Source: the human T2T-CHM13v2.0 reference genome, Homo sapiens. Taken from it: a stretch of DNA of 64,000 bases. Positions within the stretch are counted from its first letter, which is position 1; the number at the start of each line of letters is the position of its first letter. Positions 40,421 through 54,149 of the stretch are shown piece by piece. The position numbers and the translations under genes were made by a program. Location of the stretch: the NCBI RefSeq assembly GCF_009914755.1, contig NC_060934.1. One strand, given 5' to 3'. The notes below the pieces were generated by a model. The model saw only the letters and a list, made by a program, of their open reading frames with translations, did not search any database and had not been told where the DNA came from.

Positions 40421-43100
40421 TGATGGGTCCAAGGGCTCCTCTCTCCAGCTCCGACGACTCAGACCACCATTACCATCCAGGAGCCCAGGGTGATTCTAGA
40501 GGTTGAAGAGAGGAAGATAACTTCCTCCTGGATATAGGAGTGGCCAATTCTGTTCTCCTCTCCAATCCAGGCTTCTTCTCCTCCCTCAGTATGACCATGA
40601 GGGGTGTCTCAGGACGATACTTTTCCCAACCCATTAGTTGTAGTTGGGAAAACCTCTTGTTTACTCCTGCCTTTTAAATCATGCCTGAAAACTTAACTCC
40701 TCAGCTAGGCAGGGATATTTTAGCTCCTATGGGAACCACCATCCTTATGGTTCCAGGGTATACTCTTTGTCTTCCCCCTGGTGGAGACTGATATTAACTC
40801 AAAAGTTTGGGCAACTCAAGGGAAAATTGGCTGGGCCACAACTGCCATACCTGTCCAGATCCATTGTAAAGATCCAACCTTTTTTCCTAACCAGAGACAA
40901 GATCCCAAAAACCAGAAGCCAGGAAAAAGCTAGAATCAATCAATGATAACTTGATGTTCCAGGGCATCTTCAAACCCTGCAACAACCCTTGTAATGCCCT
41001 GATATTGAGGGTACAGAAACCCAATAAGAAATGGAGACGTTCCAGGATCACTACCTCATTAATGACGTTGTGGTTCTAATTCATCTTGTGGTTCCCAATC
41101 CCTATATCCTGCTAACTCAAGTACCTGAGGGTACTAAATTGTTCACAGTCCTGGACCTAAAGGATGCTTTTTTCCTGCATACCACTACACCCTGACTTCC
41201 AATATTTCTTTGCATTCGAGGATCCTTGCAACCAGACTACCCAGCTAACTTGGATGGTATTACCACAGAGATTCTGAGACAGGCCCTACCTGTTTGGGCA
41301 GGCATTGTCAAGGGATCTCTCTTTATCCACAATTTAAAGTTTTATAATATGTAGATGACATTCTCCATTGTGCCCCAACTGAGGAAATCTCTCAGGAGGG
41401 GTATAAGGCTCTTCTTAATTTTCTAGCTGACAGAAGATGTAAGATCTCAAAATTTAAGGCTCGGCTCTATCAGACTTCAGTGAAGTACTTAGGTTTAGTC
41501 TTGTCAGAGGGAACCAGGGCATTAGGCAAAGAAAAGATTAAGCTCATCTCCTCCTTTTCCCTCCCCTAAATCTTCAAGCAACTGAGGGGATTCATGGGCA
41601 TTAGAGTATTCTCCAGATTATGGATACCTGGGTATGATGAGATAGCTCATCCCTTTATCACCTAAAAAAGGAAGCTCAGACAGCTAATTTGGGAACCAGA
41701 GGCTAAAAGGGTCTTTGACCAATTGAAACAAGCCTTGTCTGAGGCATCAGCTGTTAGTCTTCCCATTGGGAAGCCGTTCAATCCTTATGGATCAGAAAGG
41801 AAGAGAATGGCCCTGGGAGTTCTAACCCAGGTCCAAGATCCAGTCCAGCAGCCTGTAGGCTATCTAAGCAAGGAGCTTGATTTGGTGGCTAAAGGATGGC
41901 CGGCCTGCCTCTGGGCAGTTGCAGTGGTAACTTTGCTGGTGCCAGAGGCTACTAAGTTAACGATGGGGAATAACTTAACTGTTTATACCCTACATAATGT
42001 GGCAGGACTGCTGTCTTCCATGAGGAGTCTCCAGCTAACATACAACCATCTCCTCAAATATCAAGCTCTGCTATTGGAGGGATCTACAGTCCAGTTAAGA
42101 AGGTGTCACTGTCAAAACTCAGCCACCTTCCTTCCAGAAAAAGCTGGGGAACCTGAACATGACTGCAAACAGATAGTAGTACAAATCTATGCAGCCAGAG
42201 AGAACCTCAAAGAAACTACCTTGGAGAACCCAGATTGGACTCTTTTTACAGATGGATTTTTTTTATAGAACAAGAGATCCATAAAGCAGGGTATGCAGTA
42301 GTCACCCTGAATGACACTATTGAGAGCACACCTCTTTCTTCGAGCACAAGTGCTCAACTAGTTCAGCTAATTGTCCTCATAAAAATGTTTGAATTAAGCA
42401 AAGGGAAAGCAGTTTACAATTATACTGATTCTAAGTATGTTTTCCTAATCCTCCATGCCCATGCCAATATCTGGAAAGAGAGAGACTTCCTCATAGCTAA
42501 TTGGTCTCCCTTTAAACACCATCAGGAAATTAACAGACTATTATTCTAGGTTTTCCTTCCATTGGCAGTGGCATTGATACATTGTGAAGGCCACCAAAAA
42601 TGGGTGGATGAAACAGCCAAGGGAAATACATTGGCAGACCAAGCAGCTAAATTGGCAGTGAGAGTTCCACAGATATCTGATCCACTTGAGGCCTCTAATC
42701 TGGGAGGGCTGCATAAGAGAAATAAAACTTCAATATTCTTCTGAGGAAATAGAATGGGCCACCTCTTGGGAATACACCTTTCAGCCCTCAGGATGACTAC
42801 AATCAGAGTATGGCAAACTTCATCCAGCAGCTTTCAGCCAATGGAAAGTTCTTCAAATCCTTCACCAAGCCTTCCACCTAGGAAAGGATTAAACCTATCA
42901 ATTAGCCCAGTGGTTGTTCTCAGGTCTGGGTTGGGAGGGACCTTACAGTGTACTTCTTTCTACTTCTTCAGCAGTGAAGATCACTGGAATAGATTCTTGG
43001 ATATATTATACTAGAGTAAAGGCCTGGGGAACTTATGGAATTATCTCTGTTGACCCAGAGAGCACTCAAAGCACCAATGTAAAGAAATTGGAAACCTGAA
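40420..43100 (+). pseudogene. pol: ERV pro-pol remnant (protease, RT, RNase H, partial integrase)
   Basis: Protease-like LLDIG (~40525); VLDLKDAFF (~41150); YVDD at 41348-41359; PVGYLSKELDLVAKGWPACL, WTLFTDG and YTDSKY (RNase H); IN C-terminal [11 protein letters not shown]. Most of the integrase core is deleted. Confidence 0.9.
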
Positions 43101-43356
43101 GCTAAAGATCATAAGTGTCAGTAATTCACCTTTCATGGATATCCTTTATAGTCCTGCCTATGATTGCTGTTCTCACCTTCATTCTGTTCCTCACCATTAG
43201 GTGTCTTTGCCAAGGACCCCTAATCCTGAATGCCTATGGGATTATCTACTCCCCTAAACAGAAATCTCTTTTCTAAAATTTAACTGCCCTCCCCCAAATT
43301 AGATTTAATTTCTTTCACAAGGGTGAAACTGCTCTGGCCACAACATTGTTTTCAGA

Positions 43357-43570
43357 ATGATTAGTCTATTTTACTTCTTATTTCTGTTATCTCTGGCACA
43401 AGATTATTCCCTTTTAGCTCCTTTTTGTATAATACTCATATATGGTTCATGCATACTTAACCTCCTTGTAAAATTTGTTTCTTTTTGGCTAAAGGCCATC
43501 AAACTCCAAATGATCATGCAAATGGAGCCTCAGATGATGGCTCCCTTTTTACTGGGGACCCTTAGATAGG
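43357..43570 (+). pseudogene. env: ERV env TM/cytoplasmic-tail remnant
   Basis: GSCILNLLVKFVSFWLKAIKLQMIMQMEPQM resembles the GPCI(F/L)NLLV.FVS....KLQM tail of HERV-W/9-type Env. SU and most of TM are missing. Confidence 0.75.
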
Positions 43571-43691
43571 CCTCTGAGAGATATCTGACAGCTGTTTTCC
43601 CAAAACAATTCCCCCCGTCGGCAGGAAGCAGTTAGAGCAGTCATTGTCCCTATCCTAATGGAAGTTAGATGCACCTCTTCAGAGGGGGGAT

Positions 43692-44289
43692 TGATAGTGA
43701 AAGGATACAGACGAATTCCTAGGCAGACAGGGTCCCTCCCTAGGACAGGTCCCAACCTTCAAGCCAGGATAGTTTGAAGCCTGAAAACTGAGATGCCAGT
43801 TCTGGATAGAGTCCATGACCAGAGTGAGAATTTCTGTCCCCAGTTTACCCACTCTCCCTCAATTTGTTCCTTCTCGATGATACCTTTTAACCAAACTTTT
43901 TCCAAGCCTGCTCATGGACAATTCAGCACACACTCCCCCCCATTCTAAGCCCATAGAAACCCTGGACTCAGCCACAAAGATAGCTTACCCACTTACAGGT
44001 CCCCTCAGATGCTGAGAGCTTAGTTTCTGTCGCTCAATACAATTCTACTCTGCCTTACTCACTCTCTGATTTCCACGTACCCTATTCCTCTTGGTTGTGG
44101 GACAAAAACCTAGAATTTGCTGAACTGCAGGAGTGAAAGGGGTGTATTGTTTCTGCTTGCTGATCTGCAGGTGGCAGGAGTAAAAGAGCTGTAACACTCT
44201 CTCCCACTTGCTGAACAATGGGAGAGAAGTGGCAACTGGGTGACACTCCCTCCTGCTTGCTGAACTACGGGAGTGAAAAACCTGCAACA
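43692..44289 (+). mobile_element. 3' LTR (LTR27-like), full length
   Basis: TGATAG start after the PPT, CA end; four imperfect 'ttgctgaac...ggagtgaaa' repeats at 44117-44289. Confidence 0.85.
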
Positions 44290-44869
44290 GTAGCAGTAAG
44301 AATCTCTCAGAAATTCAAAACTGTGCATAGATGTGCCTAAGATACAAAGAATAATAAACACATTTCTATTCTAAGGGAGTTTTTAAATCTAGGAGATAAG
44401 TTGGCTCTTGTTCACATATACCTACAATTCAAGCAGAATGGGAAAACTCACCAGAACATTCTGGAAAGCTGAGAAGATTCAGGGAAGGAACTGGTCAGGA
44501 AGAAGTCACAAAATGGCTTTAAAGAACTCTGAGAAGTTGGAGAGGGATTTGGCAGATGGTGAAACCCACAAGAGAAGTACAAAGTAAAGAGAGAGAAAAT
44601 CAGAATCATGAAGTATCAAAAGCCAGGAAAATCTGATAATCTGTAAATAATGTAGGCTGGCTCCAGTTGTACAATTGTAGAAAGTTTGGGGAACAGGTCA
44701 CAAAATGACTTCTTACAATACCTAAAGACCCTGGATTCTATACCTTTGAGATGGAAAGTTTTAATTTTATTGCTTCTAATAAGAGACCGTCTCACCAGTA
44801 TGTGCTTTAGATAAGTTAAGGTAGAAGCAAATTTATTGTAAAAGGGGAAATAGTTAAGAAGCTATTGTA

Positions 44870-44960
44870 TTAATTCACTCATCTATTCACTTGTCCATCT
44901 ATTCAACAGTGATTTATGAAATGCCTGCTATGAATCAGGCATTGTCCTGAGTTATGCACC
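44870..44960 (-). mobile_element. L2 3' end fragment
   Basis: 'attcactcatctattcac...attcaacagtgatttatgaaatgcctgctatgaatcaggcattgtcct'. Confidence 0.6.
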
Positions 44961-46804
44961 ACAGAAAGGCATAGAGTGCAATAACTCAGGTAAGATTAAG
45001 GTCATAAATTAGATGAGAATATGTCTTTCTAATATGACAAAAACACAGAAACTATAAAATGATAGATTGTAAATTTGTTTGCATATTTATACATTTGCCT
45101 TCATGGCAAAAATATCATGAAATTAAATCAAATGTAATTTTGGGGAAAACAAAACTCACATTTCAGTTGCAGATGCCTGTCTCCAACACTTCCAGCTACC
45201 TTTCTAAAAGTGTTTGTTTTGAGTTAACACTTATATGGCACTCTTTCTGTTCTATGTTTGTTTTATTTTAGCCCAGTTGGAATAAAAATACCTTGGCTGT
45301 CATGTTCCTAGAGGGGGAAAACTCAGAGAAAAAAAACATATTTTTTTAATACTAAAAGATATGGCTTTGAACAGATTATTCCAGGGGCTATGACAGACAC
45401 CTAGATGATTAGGAATTGGGACTTACTTTAGATAGTGTGGAAAAGAAGAGTAGTTCTGGCAAAGTGATATTTAAAATGAGGCCTAAAATATGTGAAGAGA
45501 ATAGAAGTCTGAGGGAAAAATCATTTCAGGTGGCAAGAATAAAGCAAGTAAAAGCCATGCTGTGAAAATGAACAAATACAGTCTGACATTCTGTGATTTA
45601 TAATTCTTTAGGCTTTGGGCTTTGGCCAGCATATTATAATTATTGTTTTGCCTTTTTTAAGTGAAAAATTTTTAAGTATTGGGTTAACCATACTCTTTTG
45701 CTTATGACCATTAAACAAATGGGTTACCAAAGTAATGAGCTCTACTAAAATTATGTATTGAATTTGAACTCTTCTGTTAAAATATACTAATTAATGTTTC
45801 TTTCTATTGTGATGATACATTGGGTCTAAGTTTTCCCATTAGGATAAAATTGGCACCTTGATCCACAATTATGCCAGGTAGTACATCATCTTCATTTAAG
45901 TAGATATTTAAAGGATCTTCATCACTCATCTGTTTCATTGTTAGTTTTTAAGGACTATTTTAAATTTATTGACGATAATTTTCTAAGAGTGTCAACATTT
46001 TTAAAGATCTTGAACTGTTTAAAAAAGAAGGCTAACATTGGAGGACCCTACACCAATTCAAAATCATTTTGTGTATAAATGCATATATTATGTGCACTTC
46101 TATATTAAACTAAAAAGAGGCCTAATGAGATGTAGATTAAAACTGATTTTCTGATTTTTAAAAGCTGAATATTCCTTTAAAGCCTTGTTCTTGTGAACTA
46201 AAATAATTTTTAATACAGAGGTATTTAAGTAGGATTTTATAAATTTAAAATGTTAGATGTCTCAGAAGAAAATTTGGGGAATACTGTTTTATTAATGTTA
46301 TCGACCTATCCCCAACACTTTACTAGACTTAAATCTCTATAATCTAATTTTCTGTATCAAGATTGTCCTTCTTCAGAAGTTTTGGTGATTGAGGAGAAGA
46401 TCCAGGGTTTCAACATGATGAACCGTGTCTTGTTCTCAGCAAACATAATAAAAGAGAACTTAGTATTATATAATAGAATCTGGGAGAAAACAAGATTCTT
46501 GGCATTCTGAGGTTTTCTAGCATGAGGATACTTATTTTACATGCAGGCTTCAGGGAGGTATATTGGAAAGTTAGTAACTGTGCCATGTTATTTTCTCTTT
46601 AGATATTTGGAAACAAAACCAAAAGGACACCAGTAACAAGTGAATAAAAATAACTACAAAAAATTACACCTGACTTCAAAGTATAAAATTACTCTTCTAT
46701 CCTACTTTTCTGTATCTACCATTAATACACAGACTTTCTCTTACCACCTAAACAAACACATATGTACATGCACACACACACTTGCACTTGCTCATGAATA
46801 CAAC

Positions 46805-47035
46805 ATATCATAGTGGTTAATAACACAAACTCTAAAATCATTCCACCTGGAATTAAGTCTTGGCTTTGTCACTGATCGCTGTCAACTTGGACAGGTTACT
46901 TTACCTATCAGTCCTTACTTTCCTCATCCATAAGCAGATCTATAAAGCATATTCTAGCCTATGTTGTTAGATTAAATGAATTGGTATATGCAAATTACCT
47001 AGACCAGTGACTATCAAACAGTAAGTAATACATAA
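46805..47035 (+). mobile_element. MIR
   Basis: 'tagtggttaataacacaaactct...cttggacaggttacttta...tttcctcatccataa...gattaaatga'. Confidence 0.75.
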
Positions 47036-47850
47036 GTACAGATGGTATGTATGATGTAAGTGTTAAATGACATCATTAGCATGATTACCGTTTTAATGCA
47101 TAGCAGCACAAAGTCTATGGAAAGAAAACAGGAGGAAAACTGTGGGATTTCATTGGGAGGAAAGAAATGATGTACTTTTAGTTCCGAGAAATGACTTGTG
47201 TTCAGTCAAGTTAGGAAATCATTTAGCAAGACCTTGTGACAAAGCAGGCAAGAAAGTGAGAAAGAAACTGAAGGATATTTAAATTTTTGTGATTTTAAAA
47301 GCAAAGTGAGCCAATGGTCTGTATCCAATCCAGGTGGGCAGAAACTGTGCAGCCCAGATAGAAACATGTAGCACTACCCTTGGTCACTCTAAATATGGAC
47401 TCCTTCCTTATGGCTTCACATCTATATTCTCATCTGATGCCCAAATCCATTATGAGATATAGATATGGTATATATTTATATTATTGTACAGAGGAAGCAG
47501 TTGATTTTGAAAAAGTTGTTACTTATCTAATGTCAAAATCTATTCAGTTTTAGAAATAGAATTTGAAGCTACTTCTCAGTATCATATATTTTGCATTATA
47601 CCATTTGTCCTTATGAATGTCTCATTTTAGAAATATTGTCAAGTGTTTTAAGGGATAGTAATATCACCATCATTAAGAATATGTCCTGATATAAAAACAT
47701 AGTAGCAATTTCCACATCTTGATACATATTGTAAATTATCATTGATGAAATAAAAAATCTGAGATAAGTTTCAGAACTATTCCTGAAACATGTACACAAT
47801 GTGGCTTTTAAGAAAAGCGCTCTATACACCCAATAAATTAACCCAAAATA

Positions 47851-47990
47851 AGCTGGTTTTCATGGTGCACACCTGTAATCTTAGCTATACAGGAGGATTG
47901 CTTGAGCCCAGGAGTTCAAGACTAGCCTGGGAAACACTGTGAGACCCTGTCTCAAAATAACATAAAATGAAATAACCAAAAACAAGAAAA
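47851..47990 (+). mobile_element. Alu monomer (FLAM/FAM-type)
   Basis: 'cacacctgtaatcttagcta...ggaggattgcttgagcccaggagttcaagactagcctggg...gagaccctgtctcaaaa'; TSD-like AAATTAA(C/A)C(C/T)CAAAA flanks. Confidence 0.85.
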
Positions 47991-50277
47991 AAATTAAACT
48001 CAAAAACTAAAACTGCTTACATTGTTTTTTCAGAGGAAAGGCGGGGGTAACAACATTAAAACCTATTTTTTTTTTTCTAATTGAAAAAGAATGGTTTATG
48101 CTATCAGATGAATGCCTCCAGCAGAATGTAATTTGGTTAAGACATTATTGGTAATGCTGTATGTGGGATGACCACACGTTTTGTTTGTCCTGGACAGTAC
48201 TAGTTTATCCCTATTTGCCTTGCATCACTTCTGTTAGCCTTTGTCTCAGATTTTTCAATTAAAAATTATTATTAATAATTACATTTAAAAAGGTTAGAGT
48301 TATTTTGGCAATCCTCACTTTGTACTTCTAGCTGTGAAAATATAAATGGATTGAGAACAGCATCCATACTTTAACACACGGTCAAGTAAGCTATCAGGTT
48401 TACCTCTCTTTTTCTGATGCTTTCCAGGAGCCGTATAACTCTTGGTAATATTTTACAGACAGTGTATGTGACCCTGCATGGTAAAAGGCAGTGGTGGGAG
48501 AAGTATTCAGAGCTGGTAACTAAGGTCTCAACTTGGCCCTCCAGCTAGATGTGGTTTTATGCATCCTCAGCTTGTGAAATGCTGAAAACCACAAAGCACT
48601 GGTGGTAGCTGGTGAGGCTGGTGGAACAATGAGACAATTATAGTTTTGGTGCATGTGAAATAACTACAGGAAATATGGACTCATCCGTACTGCCATAGAG
48701 AATATAGAGAGTGGTGTGAGGACTCACTACAAAGGACTTGTCATTTATTGTTTGGTGAAAATCTATACTGTTCAATTATTTACTATTTTAGTGCTTATTT
48801 ATTTTTAAGCCATAAACTCCATCTGCAACAATAAACAGTCTCACTCCCCAAAAATGCATTTATAATACAAATTAAGAAATAAATTTCCATTTCTCAAGAA
48901 AGTTGATGAATAATATGTTACTTGTACACAATGTCTGTTGACATTTATGATACTTATCACTCACACAGAAAGTGGAAGAAAAAGACAAAATTGCTCAAGA
49001 AGCAATACCATCAATTTTACAAATAAGTAGCTATATTAAGACAGTGCTCTAAAATAAAGATTTAACACATACAGCTGTAGAGGGTATATTTTCATAGCAT
49101 TTGGGAAGCATGATATTTTATTTAAATCAAATGACTTTTCCTCAAAATTAAACTTGATCTTTTTTATTCTAAGATTTATGACACATGCACACAAAGTTAA
49201 ACCACGGATATCAGTTCCATTAATATATAAGAATTTCAAAATTGTCAAATATTGCCACATTTATCAAATAATGCCAAATAGAAAATGAGTTAAACTAATT
49301 TTAATAATGGATTGATTATTTCATGGAATTCAGAAATCAAAGTAAACATTTTAGAAGTTCCTTCAGTTGGATGTGAAAATTCTACCATTATTAAGAATTC
49401 CAATAGAAAGTCAGTTAAGTAATCCATTATTTAAGGTAAAATAACTTGCTTTTGTGGCAATAATATTAAAAACATTTTTGAAGCACAGAGTCATAGTGAA
49501 AACAATGTTTAACCACATTAAGAAACCAATAAACTGAAATTGTATTTGGAATTTAATAGAAACTGTTTTGTAAACCTAAAATATATTTCTATACCCAGAG
49601 ATATAGGACACCAAAGATTTGAGACAAAACAAATGTTTAGGTGGTATACACTTTGTCTGTTTGTAGCTCATTATCTATAAGATGTTAGAAATATTTGAGG
49701 CTTTAATGACCTAGTTTGTAAATGATGTTGCATGTCTTAAAATGTTATTGAAACTTTCTATAAACTAGGCCTCTTAAATTTGCTTAAATTTTGTATTAAA
49801 AATCAGCTCAGAATCTTTATTAAAAGACTTTGATGAGTGCAACATCAAATAAGTAATCTTTTGAAGCTTCTAGTAAGTTTTAGTTATCAAGAATAAAGAT
49901 TGCTAGGAGGAAGAGAAATATCAGTATATCTCTACAAAAATATGAGGAGTTGAGCAAGTTAAAAATAAAAAGTCAGTGAGTAAGATTTTATTTTCAAATT
50001 ATATAAATTTTCTTTAGAATATTATGTGGAAAGAATCATTTGACAGGGCTTCTATTTTTATTTGGATACAGTGTTTTGTTTTCTATGCATGAACAGAACA
50101 CCTTGACAGGTTTTCTCAGTTTTGCAGCCTCGAAGGTTGACAAAACATTCAAAACAATCACAAACGAAGGTAATATATATTGAGTTTTGTTATATGAAAA
50201 TATTTGTCATAAAGAGGCCCTCTGCATGGAGGAAAAGAACAGTACCTGTAAAACTGTTTGGATTGAAATATTTATAC

Positions 50278-50405
50278 ATTTGAATATTTACATATTTCAA
50301 TACAAAAATAGAAATAGTTACGCATTTCAATATGAAAAAAATAATACTGTTTATCCTCTATGTATTAGTATTTGTTTGGGACTTGGAAATTATCAAAAGG
50401 ATTTT
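50278..50405 (+). repeat. Arm 1 of a ~130-bp inverted duplication
   Basis: Reverse complement of 51594-51723 with 4 substitutions and one 2-bp indel. Confidence 0.95.
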
Positions 50406-51593
50406 CTCCTTCAGAAACAAATGATCTACAGAGAAAAGTCATCAAGGATGTCAACAATTTCATTTTTATTAATCATAAAACAAATGTTAGAAGACTGAAG
50501 CCTATTTGAGTAAATAAATTAAAATTTATAAGACTATATTGAAAAAATACATTATTTGACTAAATATAATGCAAATGATTTTAGTCATACAGATAAATAA
50601 AGAATGGATTAAAGTACATAAAAATGTACTGGCTAATTATTAATTATTCCACTCTATGTTTTTTATTTTTAGATGAACAATATTTAAAAAAAAACTTTTT
50701 GCTTTATGTACGGGACATTTTTCTTTGTATTTTTTAAAAAACCAATTGAACTGTTTAAAACAGCCTAAAAGAAGATTTCAACATCTGCCACTATAATAAA
50801 ATCAAATATAATTAATAAATACATATATATACAATAATTTTAATAGTTTGCCTACTGTCTTTCATTCATAGACGTATCCTGGTTTGGACAAACTATTAGG
50901 TGTTTGCTTTAACTTTAAATTAGTCAATCAGTTGGCAGAATAGACAACTAATATGAGACTACCAAAAGTGTAGTCTGCTTTCACAGCTGCTAGTAAACAT
51001 TTTCCTAAAAATTTTTATTTAGAAAAAACTTACATTTTTAAAAAATCTATAAATTTTAGATTTGTGCCATGCACAACCATGTACATTTACATAGAACTAC
51101 CAGTCTTTAACAGTTTACCACATACTCTCCTCTGTGTGTGTGTGTGTGTATTTTTTTTTCCTGAAAAATTTGCTAGTAAGTTGCTGATATTGTAGCACTT
51201 CAATAAATTAGACTCATCAGATACTGTTTTATGCTTCAGTACTTAGTTGGTAAAATTTAAATTCACCAAGCTTATATTTTGGTATAGAGTTATGAAAGTC
51301 ATTCTTTATATCAGTATAGTGTGGGAAGAAAATGAAAATAAAAATTCTCAGCGTTGAATGAATAAATAACATAATCATTTTAAGCATTACAACAATTAAT
51401 GAATAAATGCACTTATTTTTTCTATATTTAATCAATATTTATTGAGAACCTATTATACCTATTCCTCTTTTATAACAAATATTGAACAAGATAGTCAATG
51501 TTCATATACACAGAGTACTTTCAGTCTAGTGGAGTGTGAACAGACAAAGAGGAGATAAGTTCATACTCACGTAATATTTCATTAAGAGCTTTA

Positions 51594-51723
51594 AAAATCC
51601 TTTTGATAATTTCCAAGTCCCAAACAAATACTATTACATAGAGGATAAACTCAGTATTAATTTTTTCATATTGAAATGCATAACTATCTCTATTTTTGTA
51701 TTGAAATATGTAAATATTCAAAT
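51594..51723 (-). repeat. Arm 2 of the ~130-bp inverted duplication (inside L2)
   Basis: See arm 1. The ORF track shows the same peptide (LNIYIFQYKNR.SYAFQYEK) on opposite strands. Confidence 0.95.
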
Positions 51724-52014
51724 AGACAACTGAAAGTGTTATTTCAGGTAGCATACATGAGACAGAGCTCTCTTAGGAGTTGTATTCGAATGTAAACTTT
51801 AAAAAGGTGAAAGTGTGTGTCTTGTGAATATGTGGTGATAGAATGTTAGGATCAGAAGTACCATCGTGTGTGAAAGCCATGTTGAAAAGAGGAGAGGGCC
51901 AATACAACTTTAGGGCTGATAATATAGGGACATCACCTAGAAGATGACATGAGAGCCACTGTCAGGTATAGACCGGGTCACATAAGGGTTTTGACCATGG
52001 CCCAATCTTAGATT

Positions 52015-52236
52015 TATGATTCAGCAAATTACAGCTCTGAGGCCAAAGCTGGCTCATGGGCTGGTTTAAGTGACCTATGAGCCAATATTTTATTTTTTAG
52101 ATTTTTAAATGTTCATTAATAAACATCAACAACAAAGAAAAAGAACATGTAACAGAGAGAGGCTGTATGTGAGCCACAAAGCTTAAAATATTTACTTTCT
52201 GGTCTTCAGAGGAGAAAAAAATATGGTAATTCCAGA
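52015..52236 (+). mobile_element. MER58 (MER58C-like) hAT-Charlie
   Basis: 'cagcaaattacagc...ggccaaa...catgtaacagaga...tatgtgagccacaaagcttaaaatatttactttctgg'. Confidence 0.7.
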
Positions 52237-54149
52237 TGGAAAGTCATCACAATTTGAGAGCTGGAGAGTCACATAATATGTATTATATTTTATAATGACT
52301 ACTTTAATATTAGTGTTGAAAATATTCTGCAGGCAGTCAAGAGCAGAAGCAGAATGATCCGTTAGGACGCTATGGCAATGGTCCAGGCAGTAGGTGGGAA
52401 TGGCTAGGTCTAGGGTGGTAGTTTTGGAGGAGCTGAAAATTTACAGGACTTGGGCTATAACTAGAAGGTAAAATCAATAGAATTTGCTAATTTGGTGAAT
52501 GAAGATAAGCAAACAGTTTAAAACATGTGCAACTGCTCACTGTGTGGTGTTTTTCTAGGAAGTGACAACCCAGAGTGTGCACATTTTATATCGTGTTTAT
52601 GTTACAGATAATTTATTTATTTCTTCTAGAATTAAACTCCTTTTACCAATTCTATATAATTTTCTCACGCTTTCTATTTTTTTTTAAGACAATAATCTGT
52701 GATGGCAAATGAATGCTAACAAAAGTAATAGTTAAAAGAGTCACTCTATTTCTTAAATATCATTATTTTATATATTTCCATTTTGATCATCAGTTACTTT
52801 TTCTGGCATCAAATTTCAAAATAACAGCTTAGGAGTGGCAGATGTATTTTGTTAAAGACAGAAAGTAATGCCGTCATATTCACTTTAAATATGTTTTGTC
52901 ATTTAACAGACCCTCACTCTTTCTCTACTGGAGTTAAGAAACTATTTTTGTTAATTTGCTTAAGTAACCTATAAGTGTTTTTCCATTTTGCACAGCTCAT
53001 CTAAAATGATCATTTTTCCAGTTATTTTAGTTGCCATAAGACAATTTCCAAACTTTTACAGTATCCTTTTTTTAAAAAAAATAAAGTTATGGTCCTTTAA
53101 ATTCTCACTTTCTTAAAAATCTCAATAGCCTTTGCTATTTTATCTTATTTTTACATACATGTGTATATATACATATATGTAAACTAATTTCTTATTATTT
53201 CAATGTAAATATTTCCCCAGAATTGTTGTACCACATTACATTCAACTATTTGCTTCCTGAAGAACTTTTAATTTGGCCCAAATTTCTAAAATTTTAGAAA
53301 CAGTTACATGGAACTTATCAGGGATATTTCATCAAAATCAACAATTAAAAAAATAAAAAAGAGAAAAATAATTATTCATATCAGATGAGCTTTTCATATT
53401 ATTGCTGAGTGTAGGTTACCTTTGTAGTAGTAAACTGATCATCAAAAAATTACCTTTAAAAATGATTTTACTGTTCTGATACTCTTTCCTACTGTGTTTC
53501 ATGGCTACACAAGGAGCATGGATGAGCAACAAGGGCGCTCCAATTCTGTTCCTCTCAAGAAGGGTTACATATTTTGACTGAATTAGCTAGTTAGTTGTAA
53601 AAAACGATTTTACTATTGCCTTCCAAATTTAGCATTCATTTGCCTAGACTGTGCAAATCTAAAAAAATTGACAATAGGAATTTTCATCTGCTTTAGCTCT
53701 CTTGGAATTTAAGTCAATATTTCAGATCATGTAAAGATTTTTTTAAATGTATGTTCAACAATCTGTCTGCCCAATGAAAATCCTTCTCTCTTTCATCATT
53801 TGCTATTTAAATACTGAAAATCAAACCATTTCTTGCTATAGAGATAATAAAATAACCTCATGTTTTTGTGACTAAAGTTAGACCAGCTGATACAAAATGT
53901 TAGATTCTACAGAACTCTAGGGATTGTATTCACACTCTCCAGAACTTGATTTTGTTTTGAGGTGAGCAGAACTTCTATAAGCTTTATGTTTAAGAACTTT
54001 GTTTTACATAAACTATATTCAAATCTCAACTCTACAACTTACTCCTATTAGCTCTCTTTATATCTCAGAGCATGAGTTTCTTTTTCTTTTTTTGCAATAA
54101 AGGATTTTAACACTTCTGAGAAGTTTTTACTGAAATAATGATTGTAGAC

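Larger units (their letters stand above)
38616..44289 (+). mobile_element. Decayed class I (ERV1) provirus: LTR27-like LTRs, HERV9/W-HUERS-type (MER52-int-like) internal region
   Basis: Homologous LTR starts at 38616 and 43692; PPT AGAGGGGGGA at 43681-43690; colinear gag, pro, pol and env remnants. Confidence 0.88.
51425..52520 (-). mobile_element. L2 element, interrupted by the inverted duplicate and by MER58
   Basis: 'aatcaatatttattgagaacctatta', 'tcagtctagtgg', 'gttaggacgctatggcaatggtccaggc', 'ctagggtggtag' are antisense L2 motifs. Confidence 0.7.

Noticed and set aside
41723-42268. 181-aa ORF as a domesticated retroviral protein
   Set aside because: It is a residual open stretch of pol (non-ATG start) flanked by frameshifts and stops.
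44117-44289. Four ~45-bp imperfect repeats as a novel array
   Set aside because: They lie inside the 3' LTR and are most likely an intrinsic feature of this LTR family.
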